From Azolla caroliniana (taxonomy: Eukaryota; Plantae; Polypodiophyta), in contig JBHGNT010000009.1 of NCBI GenBank assembly GCA_043228905.1, positions 9,300,001-9,364,000 on the forward strand: a DNA stretch of 64,000 nucleotides, read 5' to 3'. Positions within the stretch are counted from its first letter, which is position 1. The number at the start of each line of letters is the position of its first letter. Under the pieces are notes generated by a model, which had not been told where the DNA came from, did no database searches, and worked only from the letters and a program-made list of their open reading frames with translations. Positions 10,232 to 21,990 of this stretch are shown here, in pieces. The position numbers and the translations under genes were made by a program.

Positions 10232-12592
10232 CTAGAATCTTTCCGCCTTCTTGCCCTTCTTGCCTTTCTTGCCCTTCTTGGCTTTAACTCCCCCTTGTTC
10301 CGTTGGCTCCAACTCCAGCTCGCACCTTCTGCTCCCCTGGTATCGGTGTTCAGAATCCTCAGCCGAGCCGAAGTCAAACTCCTCATCCGACTTGCCTTTC
10401 CGGTCTCTTCCACTCCCTTCTCTATTTCTCCCCCTCAAATTTGGCACGTCGAGGTGTTGCAAGCCAAGCACACCCGAAAATTGTTGCAACTTGTTCATGC
10501 CAAGTGGTTTGGTGAAGATATCATCAGTTTGCCGATCCGTTGGAACATACACTAGTTCGACCTCACCAGAAAGGACTTGCTCGCGGAAAAAATGATAGTG
10601 CACCTCAGTGTGCTTGGTCCGGGCGTGGAAGACAAGGTTCTTTGCAAGCTAGATGTTGTTGAGGTTGTCACAGTAGATCGTTGTTAGATCGGACACCTCC
10701 ACCTATAAATCCTTCAGTAGCCTCTTGAGCAATATGGCTTTGCATGTCACGACGGCCGCTCCTCGGTACTCGGCCTTGGTGCTCGACAGTGCAACTGTCG
10801 GTTGCTTCTTCCTGCTCCAGGTGACCGTGGTTGCCAAGGGAAAATGCATAACCGAATGTAGACCTGCGATCGTCCGTGTTTACGGCCCAATTAACATCCG
10901 TGTAGGCGACTAATTGTCCAGCTTTTCCGGCCCTATATAGCAACCCCTAGTCCTTGGTGTCGCTGACATACTTGAGTATTCATTGCGCGCACTAAAGGTG
11001 CTCCACGGTCGGATGCGTCACGAATTGACTAATCAGGCCAACTGGATAGCTGAGGTCTGGTCGTGTGATGGTCAACTATATAAGGCTTCCGACTATCTGT
11101 CGGAACCGTTTCGGATCGCATGCCAGTGCGGACTCGAGGCAAAGCTTCACATTCCTATCCAAAGGAGTGGAGACAGATTTGCACTCCATCATTACGAACT
11201 TCAAGAGCATACTCAGCACATAATGGTGTTGGCTTATTAGTATGCCTTCGGGGGTGCAAATCACTTCGATCCGGAGGAAGTAATGAAGGGCCCCCAAATC
11301 CTTCATGTCGAATGATGCCGCGAGCTGGGACTTGACGTGGCCAATTTCCTCATGTTCGGCACCGGCGATGACTAAATCATCAACATAGAGTAAAATACTT
11401 ACCGGCCCACTCCGACCTTGCCAGATGAAAAGTGAAGAGTCCGACTTCGATGTGGCAAACCCTATCCGACGCAATCATTGCGTGATCTTTGCGTTCCAGG
11501 CACGTGGGGCTTGCTTTAATCCGTAAAGGAACTTCTTCAGTCGGCAAACGGCCAACGAGTTCATTCCTGACTCAAATCCGGGGGGATGTACCATGTACAC
11601 CTGTTCGTCAAGCTCACCTTGCAAGAATGCATTCTTTACATCCATTTGATGTAAGTGGCACCCCTTTGCCGCGGCTACCGCTAGCAAAACACGGACGGTC
11701 GTCATCTTCGGGACCGGCTCAAAGGTCTCATCGTAGGAGAGGCCATGTTGTTGTGCATAGCCTTTTGCCACTAATTGGGCCTTATACCGGTTGAGGGAGT
11801 CATCATTGTTGTACTTGACCTTGTACACCCACCTACATCCAATCGACTTCATTCCCTTCGAAGCGTCAACCAGGTCCCATGTATTGTTCTCTATGAGAGC
11901 GTGCATCTCTTGCTCCATAGCGGCACACAAATTTGTATCTCGTGCCTCTTCCGCGTAGCTCTCCTACTCACGCACTTCCGTCACCTTTATCATGTACGCA
12001 TAGTGATGCGCCATGTATTCATTGTATCCATGTCGAACTACGGGGTGCTTCTGGCGAGTAGATTGGCGTAATTTTTGCTCTACCGATTTGAGGGCCCTTT
12101 TGGCCGACTCTGACCTCTTCTCTAGAGGTCCGTCTTCATGTTTTCTGAAGGCGGATTCGCTCTGATCCGACTCTTCTCTACCACTATCGTATTCCAACAT
12201 CTTCTTCTTCCCCTTCTCTTGGCGTGTGAACCATCTCCTCGGTTCCTTGCGTGGAGAATGCACACCTGAGTCTCCACTACAAGCCGGGTCATCATCTGAC
12301 TGGTTATTCCGACTCAATCTCTCATTTGGCCCACTTAGCCAGATTGAGATCGTACTCTCTTCTTGAGCTCTGATTTCTCCTTCGTCCAAAGGCATTCCGG
12401 CCTCATTGATCTTGTCCTCGGAAATTGGAATGGAGTTGTCAGGGATCGGAGATGAGGACAAGTACCATGACGTCAACTCGTCGAACACGACATCCCAACT
12501 GACCCGAACTTGTTTGGTTCGGGGGTTATAACACTTATAACCCTTCTACTCGTCCGAGTAGCCAACGAGAATGCACTTCTCTACTTTCGCAT
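10232..12592 (-). pseudogene. C3 integrase C-terminus, RT and RNase H (with stops and frameshifts)
   Basis: [35 protein letters not shown] and HYHFFREQV motifs spread over broken ORFs. Confidence 0.9.
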
Positions 12593-13344
12593 TGTCAAGG
12601 AAATCCTTGCGTGTTCGCGAAATGAAGCGGGACCATCGGGGTCCTGGACCGGAAGGATTTGAAGGTTGTACTAGCTTTAGCGAGAAAGTATTTAAGATAG
12701 ATACATGACTGATGAAGATTCCAGTTATGAGACAGATTGAGAGAGAGAGATTGAGATAGAGATTGAACCCTTGACTTCAATTTTTAGAGACAAAATACAT
12801 CACCAATAAGATAACTAGATTTTATTATTGTTTCCTTGATTCAGTACATAGCTTGCCCTTTGATTCTTTTTCCTCCATTCTTTTATAGATGCCCCATGCA
12901 TATGATGCATGTCAAGGTGCAAGACATGCATGTGATGTATGTTTGCCACTTGGTGCTCATGCATTACATGTGATGCATGATGGCCATGTCACTCATCGAA
13001 GCTCTCATGTATAAGAATTTACATGTGAAGAATATAATGGAAAATACTACTTTTAAAGAAATGACTTGGCTTAGTGGTAAGTCAATTGTGTTATGTGAGA
13101 TTGTCCCTCCTTGTGGAGGAGTCGACCGAAAAGCCGAAACGAGAGTCAACTAGCCGAAATCCGTCAGAAAGCTGAAACAAGAGTCGGTTGGCCGAAATCG
13201 ACCAAAAAAAACCGAAATGGGATTCAATCGAACGGAAATCAACCGAATAGAAGTTCGGACGAATACACACATACATATATACATAGTCATATATATATGA
13301 GATAAGTTAGTATATATAGAGAGAGAATCATATTAGTTGCATAT

Positions 13345-13787
13345 TGTTAAGTAATTAGGTAATTAACTAGGGTTAATTAGGGATTAATTATATGGTTACG
13401 TTAAGCAGCGGAAGATTAGTATGATATGCACGTGAGAGTGTGTGAGAGGAAGAGAGAGAGAGAGAGGAAGTTACACTTATGAACACGAAGATAAATGGGG
13501 GATGATTGACTATATTGGAAAGTGTCATCAACATACAAAAATACCCACAATGAGGTATATATACAACCCACGTGCAAAGGTGCACATGTGTGGGTAGAAC
13601 ATAGGTACTTATGTGTAAGTCCTACATTAAATGTACTAACGAGTGGAGGATCTAGAATATCCCACCTAAGTACAAGGTCCTATTTAAAGGCTTAAGGTCA
13701 ACACATTAACTAGATTCGATCTAGGTAACTACTAAGTTACATGTGTTGACTAACAAGATTAAACTAGTTGAGCTTGATATCTCAACA
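13345..13787 (-). repeat. 3' LTR of C2 (443 bp)
   Basis: TGTTAAGTAATTAGG...ATCTCAACA; about 170 bp longer than the 5' copy. Confidence 0.9.
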
Positions 13788-13992
13788 CGCCCCCTCAAGC
13801 TCAAGTGTGAGGTGTCCAACGTCTGGTTTAGCTTCCTTCGGCTTCGTCGGCATCGGTGCGGCTTGCGGCTTTCTTCGTGGCGTTGCGCGGCTTTCTTCGC
13901 GTCTTCGCGGTTTCGTTGCACGGCTCTCCGCGTCTTTGCGGCCTCATTGCGCGGCTTTTCACAGTGTTGCGCGGCTCTTCACGTCTTCGTGG

Positions 13993-14374
13993 TGTCATGA
14001 AGATCCGTCACTAGGCGCGGACCACGAGGCAGAACCGCCGGGGTTCTGGACCGGAAGGACTTGAAGTTGGCGCAAGCTTAAGCTAGATTGAAAGAGAGAG
14101 ATTAAGATTGAACTCTTGATTTTAGATTTTAAGAAACAAGTTACACGATCAATTCGATAACGAATTCTCTTCTTCTTAATTTCAAAACAAAAAAAAGCCC
14201 TCATATCTTGACATCTAGTTGTCCGTTTCTCGTGTAATAAAGTGCATTCGAAAGCTCTTGAAGACCTCCATCATTTTGTACTTAGATACTTCACTATTAT
14301 TGTTTTATGTGATTCATACTTGATTTTGTACATTTTATGTGATTTTCACATCATTGCCGAAAATCTTCACGACA
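13993..14374 (-). repeat. 3' LTR of G1 (382 bp)
   Basis: TGTCATGAAGAT...ATCTTCACGACA inverted termini; matches 39798-40149. Confidence 0.92.
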
Positions 14375-14446
14375 TCCACCCCCACCAAACCGCACGTCCT
14401 TCGGTACGTGCCAAGAAGAGAGAAAGTGAGATTTCAGCTACGGTGA

Positions 14447-16370
14447 TCAATCAGATTCCTCCATGTCTTCATTTACATCCGCCCTATAATGTTCATCGTC
14501 GAGGTGATCGAGGTCATGATTCTTGTCTTGTCTTTTCTTGAAAATCTTTACTCTTTTTCCCGCAATGGGTACAGCCAACCTTGATCCGTCTAGCTTTGCA
14601 AGGTGGTATGTGGCATTATCGTTGGCACTTGTCACCACATACGGCCCGAACCATCTTATTGTGAACTTTCTTGTTGTACTGTGTTGATTGTCAAGGCTGC
14701 TGTCGTAAACCAAAACCCAATCTCCTTCTTCAATCTTCTTGGGACGAAGTCGATGCGTGTTGTCGAACCGAACTTTGTTCTTTACTCGGGCTGCCTCCAT
14801 CATCTTTCGTGCTTTTTCTAGATCTTCAGGTCTTCTTTCAAGTTGCCTTATCCGCGCCGCTAATAACTCTTCGCGGCTCATCTCGTTCTCCGATACCGTT
14901 CTCCCACGGTATCGCTACCCATGAGGCGATCGTCCTTTCGATGGGCATAACCGGCTTTTGTCCATACATAAGCTCCGTCAGCATATACCCTGTCACCGAG
15001 CTGTGTGTCGTTCTATCAGCCCACAAGGCATAGGGTAATAGTCATGGCCAATTCCCGACTTGACCGTTGCATGCCCGTACGGTGGCTTTAACGATAGGTT
15101 CATGCCCTCGCTCGATCTTCCCATTCGCTTCCGGATTGTAGGCAGTCGTGAGGGAGAGCTTCACGCCTAGTCGTTCGAAGAGCTCCGTCGCTTCGTGCAC
15201 ATCCAACTCCCCTCGGTCGGCCAATATCTTCCCCACACATCCGTATCAACAAACAACCTCTTCAAGAAAAAATTTGCAAATGGCTGAAGTCATCTTATTT
15301 GTCAAGGCTCGTCCTTCCACTTGATTTGTTAAGTCTTCCCTTGCCAGCACTAAGTACTTCATTTGTCCCACTCCCCATTGGCATCAAGACCAGATCCACC
15401 GTCCATTTGAAGTGTATGGTGAGTGGGTATGTCGGCTGTAACTCATCGCGATGACGTATATTTGAATATATTTGGCAAGTTTCGCATGTGAACATGAAGT
15501 GGAGTACATCTTTGTACATGTTTGGCCACCAATACTTCTCCTTCAACTTTTCGAATGTCACCCATGTTCCTCTATGACCTGCCCAAGCACTCTCGTGGAA
15601 TTCAGTCATCAGCGTCTCTTGCTCTTCTTTCTTCACCACCACTCGAAGTGGTATTCCTGTCCTTCTTTTTGGATGTCGCCAAAGGAATCCTCCCTTCAAG
15701 AAGTATCGGTAAGCTTTCTTCTGGATTTGTAGGGCCTCCTCCTTTGTCAACGAAGCATCTGTCGTCAATGTTCTTAGGAATCTACTGATCAGTAACCACT
15801 CTCCTTCGTACTCGTTCTCGTTGAAGGCGTGGAGGGTTTGCGTGTCTTGGTCTTCCGCCGATAATCGAGCCATCTTGAAGAAGTCGAGGGCGACATCTTC
15901 ATCTTCCGAAACCATGTCACTTCCATTTTCAAAATCTTGCCCTCGACAGCATGTCAGCCATGGCGTTCTTCTTCCCTGCAGTGTGATGGATCTCTAGGTT
16001 TAAAGACTTGATGTAGGCGATCCACCTTAGCATAGCAAGATCTGGGGTCGCACATCCCGAGACCATTCCGAGAATTGGGAGACAATCTGTCTCTATTATC
16101 ACTTCCGACCCGATCAGGTAATCTTTGTCCGTGTTCACTGCTGACACAATACCCCAAAGTTCCCGCTTGACTTGGGCATATCTTTGTTGCCATTCACTGA
16201 GAATCTTTGCTCCCAACCGGACGGCATATCGTGCATTATCTTATCCTTCTTGATTGATGACCCACCCGATTCCTGTTGGGCTCGTATCTACGGTCACGTA
16301 AATCGGCTTCCCTTCGGCATAGTCGGCCTTCCTTAGTGTCGGAGCTTAAGGAAGCAGTTTCTTCAATCTT
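14447..16370 (-). pseudogene. G1 RNase H and integrase
   Basis: YAQVKRELWG/ETDCLP/NAMADMLSR (RH); H..H..C..C (FHESAWAGH, CETC), DRGE, NGKIERGH and WFGPY (IN); acidic C-terminal tail. Confidence 0.9.
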
Positions 16371-17159
16371 TGTCGGGAACTTGTCGTTCCTTAGGCGCAA
16401 CGCTCGGCCACAACCGAGATTCTTTTCATACACAGAAAACAGGAAATAGAACACGACACAAAGAGGAGAAAGATACACAGGAGGTTTACGTGGAAAACCC
16501 CAAACTAGGGGGAAAAAAAACCACGGCAGCCCACGGGCTGCAAACTGTCACTATTTAAGAATGTACAAAACAGTGAGTTCACGGAGGCAACGACCTCGTG
16601 CTCACGATCTTCGCCACATGCGGCGGTTACAACAGAGGCAACGACCTCGTCTCTCTCTCTCTCTCTGTACAGTTACGCACTCTCACTTCTTGCACCAACA
16701 AGGAAAATCACAACGTCCAACTATATCTAAAAGGTTTGCCCTAAGCCATATTTATACTAATATGACTTTTCGGCTATTTACAAATGTAGCCTCAATGGGC
16801 TCTCAGAAACATATTTACGAATATGTCTCTTCATCCGGTTCATACCGGGCCTGTACCATCCGGCTCTCCATAGCCGAGTACTCCTCATCCGGTTCATACC
16901 GGGCCTGCACCATCCGGCTCTCCGTAGCCGAGTGCTCCTCATCCGGTCTTCACCGGGTCTGCGTCATCCGGCTCTCCGTAGCTGGGTGCTCCTCATCCGG
17001 TCTTCACCGGGTCTGTATCATCCGGCTCTCCGTAGCCGGGTACTCCTCATCCAGTCTCGCTTCTTGGAGTTTTATAGGCTCTCCGTAGCCGGGTACTTCT
17101 TGGAGTTTTATAGGCACTGTTCTTCTCGCTTCCCATCCGGAAGGACCTGTCTCCCAACA
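16371..17159 (-). repeat. 3' LTR of C5 (789 bp)
   Basis: TGTCGGGAAC...CTCCCAACA; contains a tandem array absent from the 5' LTR. Confidence 0.93.
16828..17100. repeat. ~54-bp tandem repeat (about 4 copies plus partial units) in the C5 LTR
   Basis: Unit similar to CTCCTCATCCGGTTCATACCGGGCCTGCACCATCCGGCTCTCCGTAGCCGAGTG. Confidence 0.9.
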
Positions 17160-17169
17160 AACTCTCCCT

Positions 17170-20100
17170 TCACTCCGGCATGGGGTATCTCACCAGTCTG
17201 ATCCTCTTCCGGCATGCGTCCAGCTTGTCGGGTATCAGCACTTTGGTCGGCATATCTGACCCGTTCTCAGCCGTGTGGATCTTCGTCAGTGCGAACTCTT
17301 GGTCATCTACTCTTTCCCGGATCCAGTGATACCTCCGCTGGATATGCTTCGTCCGTGAATGGTAGGCCGCATTCTTAGCAAGGTGGATGGCACTTTGACT
17401 GTCGTAGTAGAGTCGGTATTCCTCTTGCCGGATACCGAGCTCTCCAATGAAGTCCTTCATCCATAATATTTCCTTGCCGGCTTCCACAGCCGCCATGTAC
17501 TCCGCCTCTGTGGTTGACAATGCAACCGTCTTCTGTAGCCTCGACTGCCACGAAACAGCTCCCCCTGCATATGTCATCACATACCCGGATGTAGACTAGC
17601 TAGTATCCACATCAACCGACATGTCCGAATCGGTGAAACCGTCCAGTTGAGGTTTTCCGGAACCGAATCGGAGACACATATTTGAAGTGCCCTTCAAATA
17701 CCGTAGTATCCATTTGACCGCGTTCCAGTGCTCCTTGCCGGGATTGCTCATAAACCGGCTCACCACTCCAACTGCGTATCCTATATCCGGTCGAGTACAA
17801 ACCATTGCGTACATCAAGCTCCCGATGCCAGAGGCATATGGGATCTTCATCATATCCGCCTTCTCTGCTTTCGTCTTCGGGCTTTGCTTGCCGGATAGCC
17901 TGCAGTTTGCCAGAAGTGTCGATCCGACCGGTTTCGCTTCTGACATGTTGAACCGGTGAAGCACCTTTGTCACATACTTCTCCTGTGACAGCCATAGTTG
18001 CTTCTTTAACCGGTCCCAAATGATGTGCATCCTTAACATCTGTCTTGCCGGACCCAAGTCTTTCATTGAGAAGGTCCGGTTGAGAGCCTTCTTCAGCATC
18101 CGTATTTTTACTTGGTCTCGTCCGACGATCAACATGTCATCCACGTACAGGACAAGTATCAAGAAGTCTCCTCCTTCGAACTTCTTCACAAACACGCAGT
18201 GATAAGCCTGCGTCTTGTGGTACCCTTGATCGGTCATGAAGGAGTCGAACTTCCGGTACCATTGACGGGGAGCCTGCTTCAGTCCGTACAGGCTCTTCTT
18301 CAACCGGCATACCAGGTGCTCCTTCCCTTTCTCCACGAATCCTTCCGGTTGCTGCATGTAGATCTCCTCTTCGAGGTCGCCGTGAAGGAATGCCGTCTTC
18401 ACATCCAGCTGCTCTACCTCGAGGTCCATGCTTGCCGCTATACTCAGCACCGTCCGGATGGAGGTCATCTTTACTACCGGGGCAAATATCTCGTCGAAGT
18501 CCACGCCCTTCTTCTGCTGGAACCCCTTCACCACGATCCTGGCTTTGTATCTCGGGGGGTTGCTGGCATCTCCCGGTTTCAACTTGTACACCCACTTGTT
18601 TCGAAGTGCCCGCTTTCCTTTCGGCAACTCCACCAATTCGTACGTATGGTTCTGATGTAGGGAATCCATCTCGTCTTGCATGGCACTTAACCATTTTCGG
18701 CTGTGGGTGTCATCCTTCGCTTCTTTGAAGCTTTCCGGCTCCCCCTCATCGGTCAGCAGAACGTGCTCTACATCCGTAAATCGCCGGGGGCCCTTCTCTC
18801 TCTGAGAGGATATCTCCGTCTTCGGGCTTCAGTAACTGGCTCCTCCATTTGCTCTTCATCCGAATCCTATTCGGGGTCTTCGCCGGTTCCAGTTTCAGCT
18901 TCCTCTACTTCTTCTTCAACTGGTTCGGTATCCTCACCGTAATCGGTTGGGTCTGCTCATCGTAGAGTCTATCCTTACCGGTCGACTCAGAGTTCATTAT
19001 CTTCTTCTCCGACTCCCAGTCGGGGAGCGTCTTGTCCTCCATGAAGATAATATCTCGACTCTGGAATACCTTCTTGTCGACCGGGTCCCACACTCGGTAG
19101 CCAAACTCATCGTCACCGTAACCGAGGAATATGCATGGCCGGGTCTTTGGATCTAACTTTCCTCTCTGGTCCTTAGCTACATGCACGTACGCGAGACACC
19201 CGAACACCTTCAGATGCCGGTAGGACACTTCCTTACTGGTCCATACTCTCTGTGGCGTGTCTCCGTCCAAGGGTACTGAGGGTGATCTGTTTATCACGTA
19301 TGTCGCCGTCGACAGTGCCTCAGCCCAAAACTTCTTGGGTAGGTTTGCATGCGGTAGCATACTCCGGACCCTTTCCATTATGGTCCGGTTCATCCTCTCG
19401 GCCAGTCCGTTTAGTTCCGGCGTCTTCGGCACGGTAAATTCGAGCCGGATTCCCTTCGAGCGGCAGTACTCCTCGAACTGCCCACGGTACTCTCCTCCGT
19501 TATCTGCTTGAACCGCCTTCAGCTTCCGGCCGGTTTCTCTTTCCACTCTCGCGTGGAGCTCTTTGAAGACGGATAATACCTGATCCTTTGTCTTCAACGG
19601 TGTGGCCCACAGCTTCTGGCTGTGGTCATCTATGAACGTCACGAAGTACTGCGCTCCGGCATGTGACTTCGTGTCTACCTGACACACATCCGTATGCAGC
19701 AGCTCCAGTGGTGCATTACGTCTCATCGGTGGCCTTGGTCGGAAGGAGGTCCGGTTCTGCTTACCGGCCAGACAATCAATGCACTTCTCTAAGTCCACGT
19801 TCTTCACTGGAATGAGGTTGTCATCTGCAAGCCTCTTCATCCCCTTCTCGCTCATATGACACAGCCTCTTGTGCCACAGCTCACCGGCAGTGTCGGATGC
19901 CACGTTCACTTCTTCCGGACATAACCGGGCATTCATCAGGTACAGCGTGTTGACCTTCCGGGCCCGAGCCACAATTAGGCTCCCTTTGCTGAACTTCATG
20001 ACAGCATTACGGATGCTACCCGTGTAGCCTTCATCATCTAGCCGACCGGCTGATATCAGGTTCCAAAATACGGAGTGAAGGAGTTAATTAAGTATGGTTG

Positions 20101-21580
20101 TAAATAAGCATAGTGTGGACGGACGGACTGGAAACGGTATGCCGTTCCAGATCCGGACGGATCCCGAATAGGTGCGATAGGCACCGTTTTGTACTACGGG
20201 CCGGAAACCTATTTAAAGGCCCGGACCCCATTGTAATCGCAGCGGATAATTAATAGAGCATATGGTGTTTATACTTCTGTGTTGATTTCCGTTCTGTACT
20301 TACTGTTATATCTTACGCGTGTAATTAACCAAAGCAATCTAATCGTGTAACCTACGTAAGTCAGGGTAATCGTTGAATCTTAATCCTATGCCGTAATCAC
20401 CCTTTGGTGAAGTGTCTCCGTGACACCTTGTGTTAGGCCTTGTCCGGTCAGAGAATAACACAGACGAACTTCCGGAACGTGTCGGACATCCTTCAGCAGC
20501 AACTTGCATCCTGTTGGTGTTGTCAGCCACACGTCTCCTATGCCGATGATTCGGCATGTTCCTTCATTCCCCATCCGGACACAGCCGTGATCACCGGCTG
20601 AATAGGATGAGAAGCATTTCCGGTCCGGGGTAAGGTGGAACGACGCTCCGGAGTCTACCACCCAGGTCATCTCGTCGCCGGCAAGGTTTATTTCACTCTC
20701 CTCGTTGATGAGCATCAACTCTTCTTCACTTGCCGCGACTGCCGTCGTTCCCTTCCGGTCCGGCCCCCTCCGGTCTTTACCGTTCCGGTCCGGGTTTTGC
20801 TTCGAATCGGTACCGTCGGTTTCCTTGTCTTTACGGAAATGCCGATAGTTCTTTTGGAAGTGTCCCGGCTTGCCGCAATAGAAGCAAGTAGGCCTCCCCC
20901 TTGACTTTGACCGTGTCCCCGACTTCTCTCGGTTCTGGGGACTACAGATTCTATGTCTTCTACGTTCTGATTCGGTAAGGAGCGCTTTGGAGTCGGAGCT
21001 CGTATCTTTATCCTTCCGACGCGCCTCCTCATCTAGCAAGCTCGACTTTACTCTTGCTAGGGATAACCGCTTTCCTTCCGGCCCGGCGTTGCCCAAAGTG
21101 ACAACCAACGTCTCCCAGCTATCCAGGAGGGAACCGAGCAGGAGTAGCGCAAGTACCTCATCGGCGAGAGGTACTTCTAATGAAGTTGCCTGGTGGATCA
21201 GCCCCTGGAAGGCATTCATGTGCTCCGCCATGGTGGAGCCATCTTGGTACCGGAGTCTTACTAGCTTCCGAAATACCGAAACCTGGTTAACAGCATTTTT
21301 GTTTTGAAACATTATGCCGATCTTCTCCCAGAGCTCATGAGCCTTGCTCTCTTCATTGAAGTTGTTGTACAGGCTCATGTCAATGAAGCACCGTATGTAC
21401 GCCGTTGTCTTCATGTGCATCACCTCCCATATCGCGGCGTCGATTTTGTCCGGTCTCTTGTCCCCGAACTGAACCGGCAGCCAGAGGTCTTTAACAATGA
21501 GCATGTCCCTCATCTTTGACTTCCATACTAAATAGTTGGAGCCGGTGGGCTTGAACATGCCGCCAAACGATTCGTCCATT
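17170..21580 (-). pseudogene. C5 gag-pol (Gag/PR 20461-21580, IN 18905-20062, RT 17596-18681, RH 17170-17580)
   Basis: CFYCGKPGH, WVVDSGAS, DNGGEY, LYVDDML, EAEY and RTKHIQ motifs; interrupted by stops, a frameshift and an insertion. Confidence 0.92.
20063..20460 (+). mobile_element. 5'-truncated LTR remnant inserted in C5 downstream of the protease motif
   Basis: The host frame RHVPEVRL|NLISAGRLDD is split by ~400 bp ending ...GAATAACA; TATA-like CTATTTAAAGG near 20209; the left terminus and TSD copy are lost. Confidence 0.7.
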
Positions 21581-21608
21581 TTCTGTGTCATTTTGCTCTG
21601 ATACCACT

Positions 21609-21985
21609 TGTCGGGAACTTGTCGTTCCTTATGCGCAACGCTCGGCCACAACCGAGATTCTTTTCATACACAGAAAACGGGAAATAGAACACGACACAAA
21701 GAGGAGAAAGATACACAGGAGGTTTACGTGGAAAACCCCAAACTAGGGGGAAAAAAAACCACGGCAACCCACGGGCTGCAAACTGTCACTATGTAAGAAT
21801 GTACAAAACAGTGAGTTCACGGAGGCAACGACCTCGTGCTCACGATCTTCTCCACAGGCGGCGGTTACAACAGAGGCAACGACCTCGTCTCTCTCTCTCT
21901 CTGTACAGTTACGCACTCTCACTTCTTGGAGTTTTATAGGCACTGTTCTTCTCGCTTCCCATCCGGAGGGACCTGTCTCCCAACA
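21609..21985 (-). repeat. 5' LTR of C5 (377 bp, internally deleted)
   Basis: Matches both ends of 16371-17159 with ~412 bp missing at an ACTTCTTG microhomology. Confidence 0.92.
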
Positions 21986-21990
21986 ATCTT

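Larger units (their letters stand above)
16371..21985 (-). mobile_element. Ty1/Copia C5 (Tnt1/Tork-like) inserted in G1 pol
   Basis: LTRs at 16371-17159 and 21609-21985; TSD ATCTT (16366-16370, 21986-21990); iMet PBS 21595-21606; PPT at 17161-17168. Confidence 0.95.

Noticed and set aside
16828-17100. Regular repeats resembling a CRISPR array
   Set aside because: They are head-to-tail units with no unique spacers, lie inside an LTR, have no cas genes nearby and are in a eukaryotic context.
18112-18728. Long antisense or overlapping ORFs within Copia pol genes (also 43348-44151 and 41005-41523)
   Set aside because: These are expected shadows of GC-rich coding sequence with no independent motifs.
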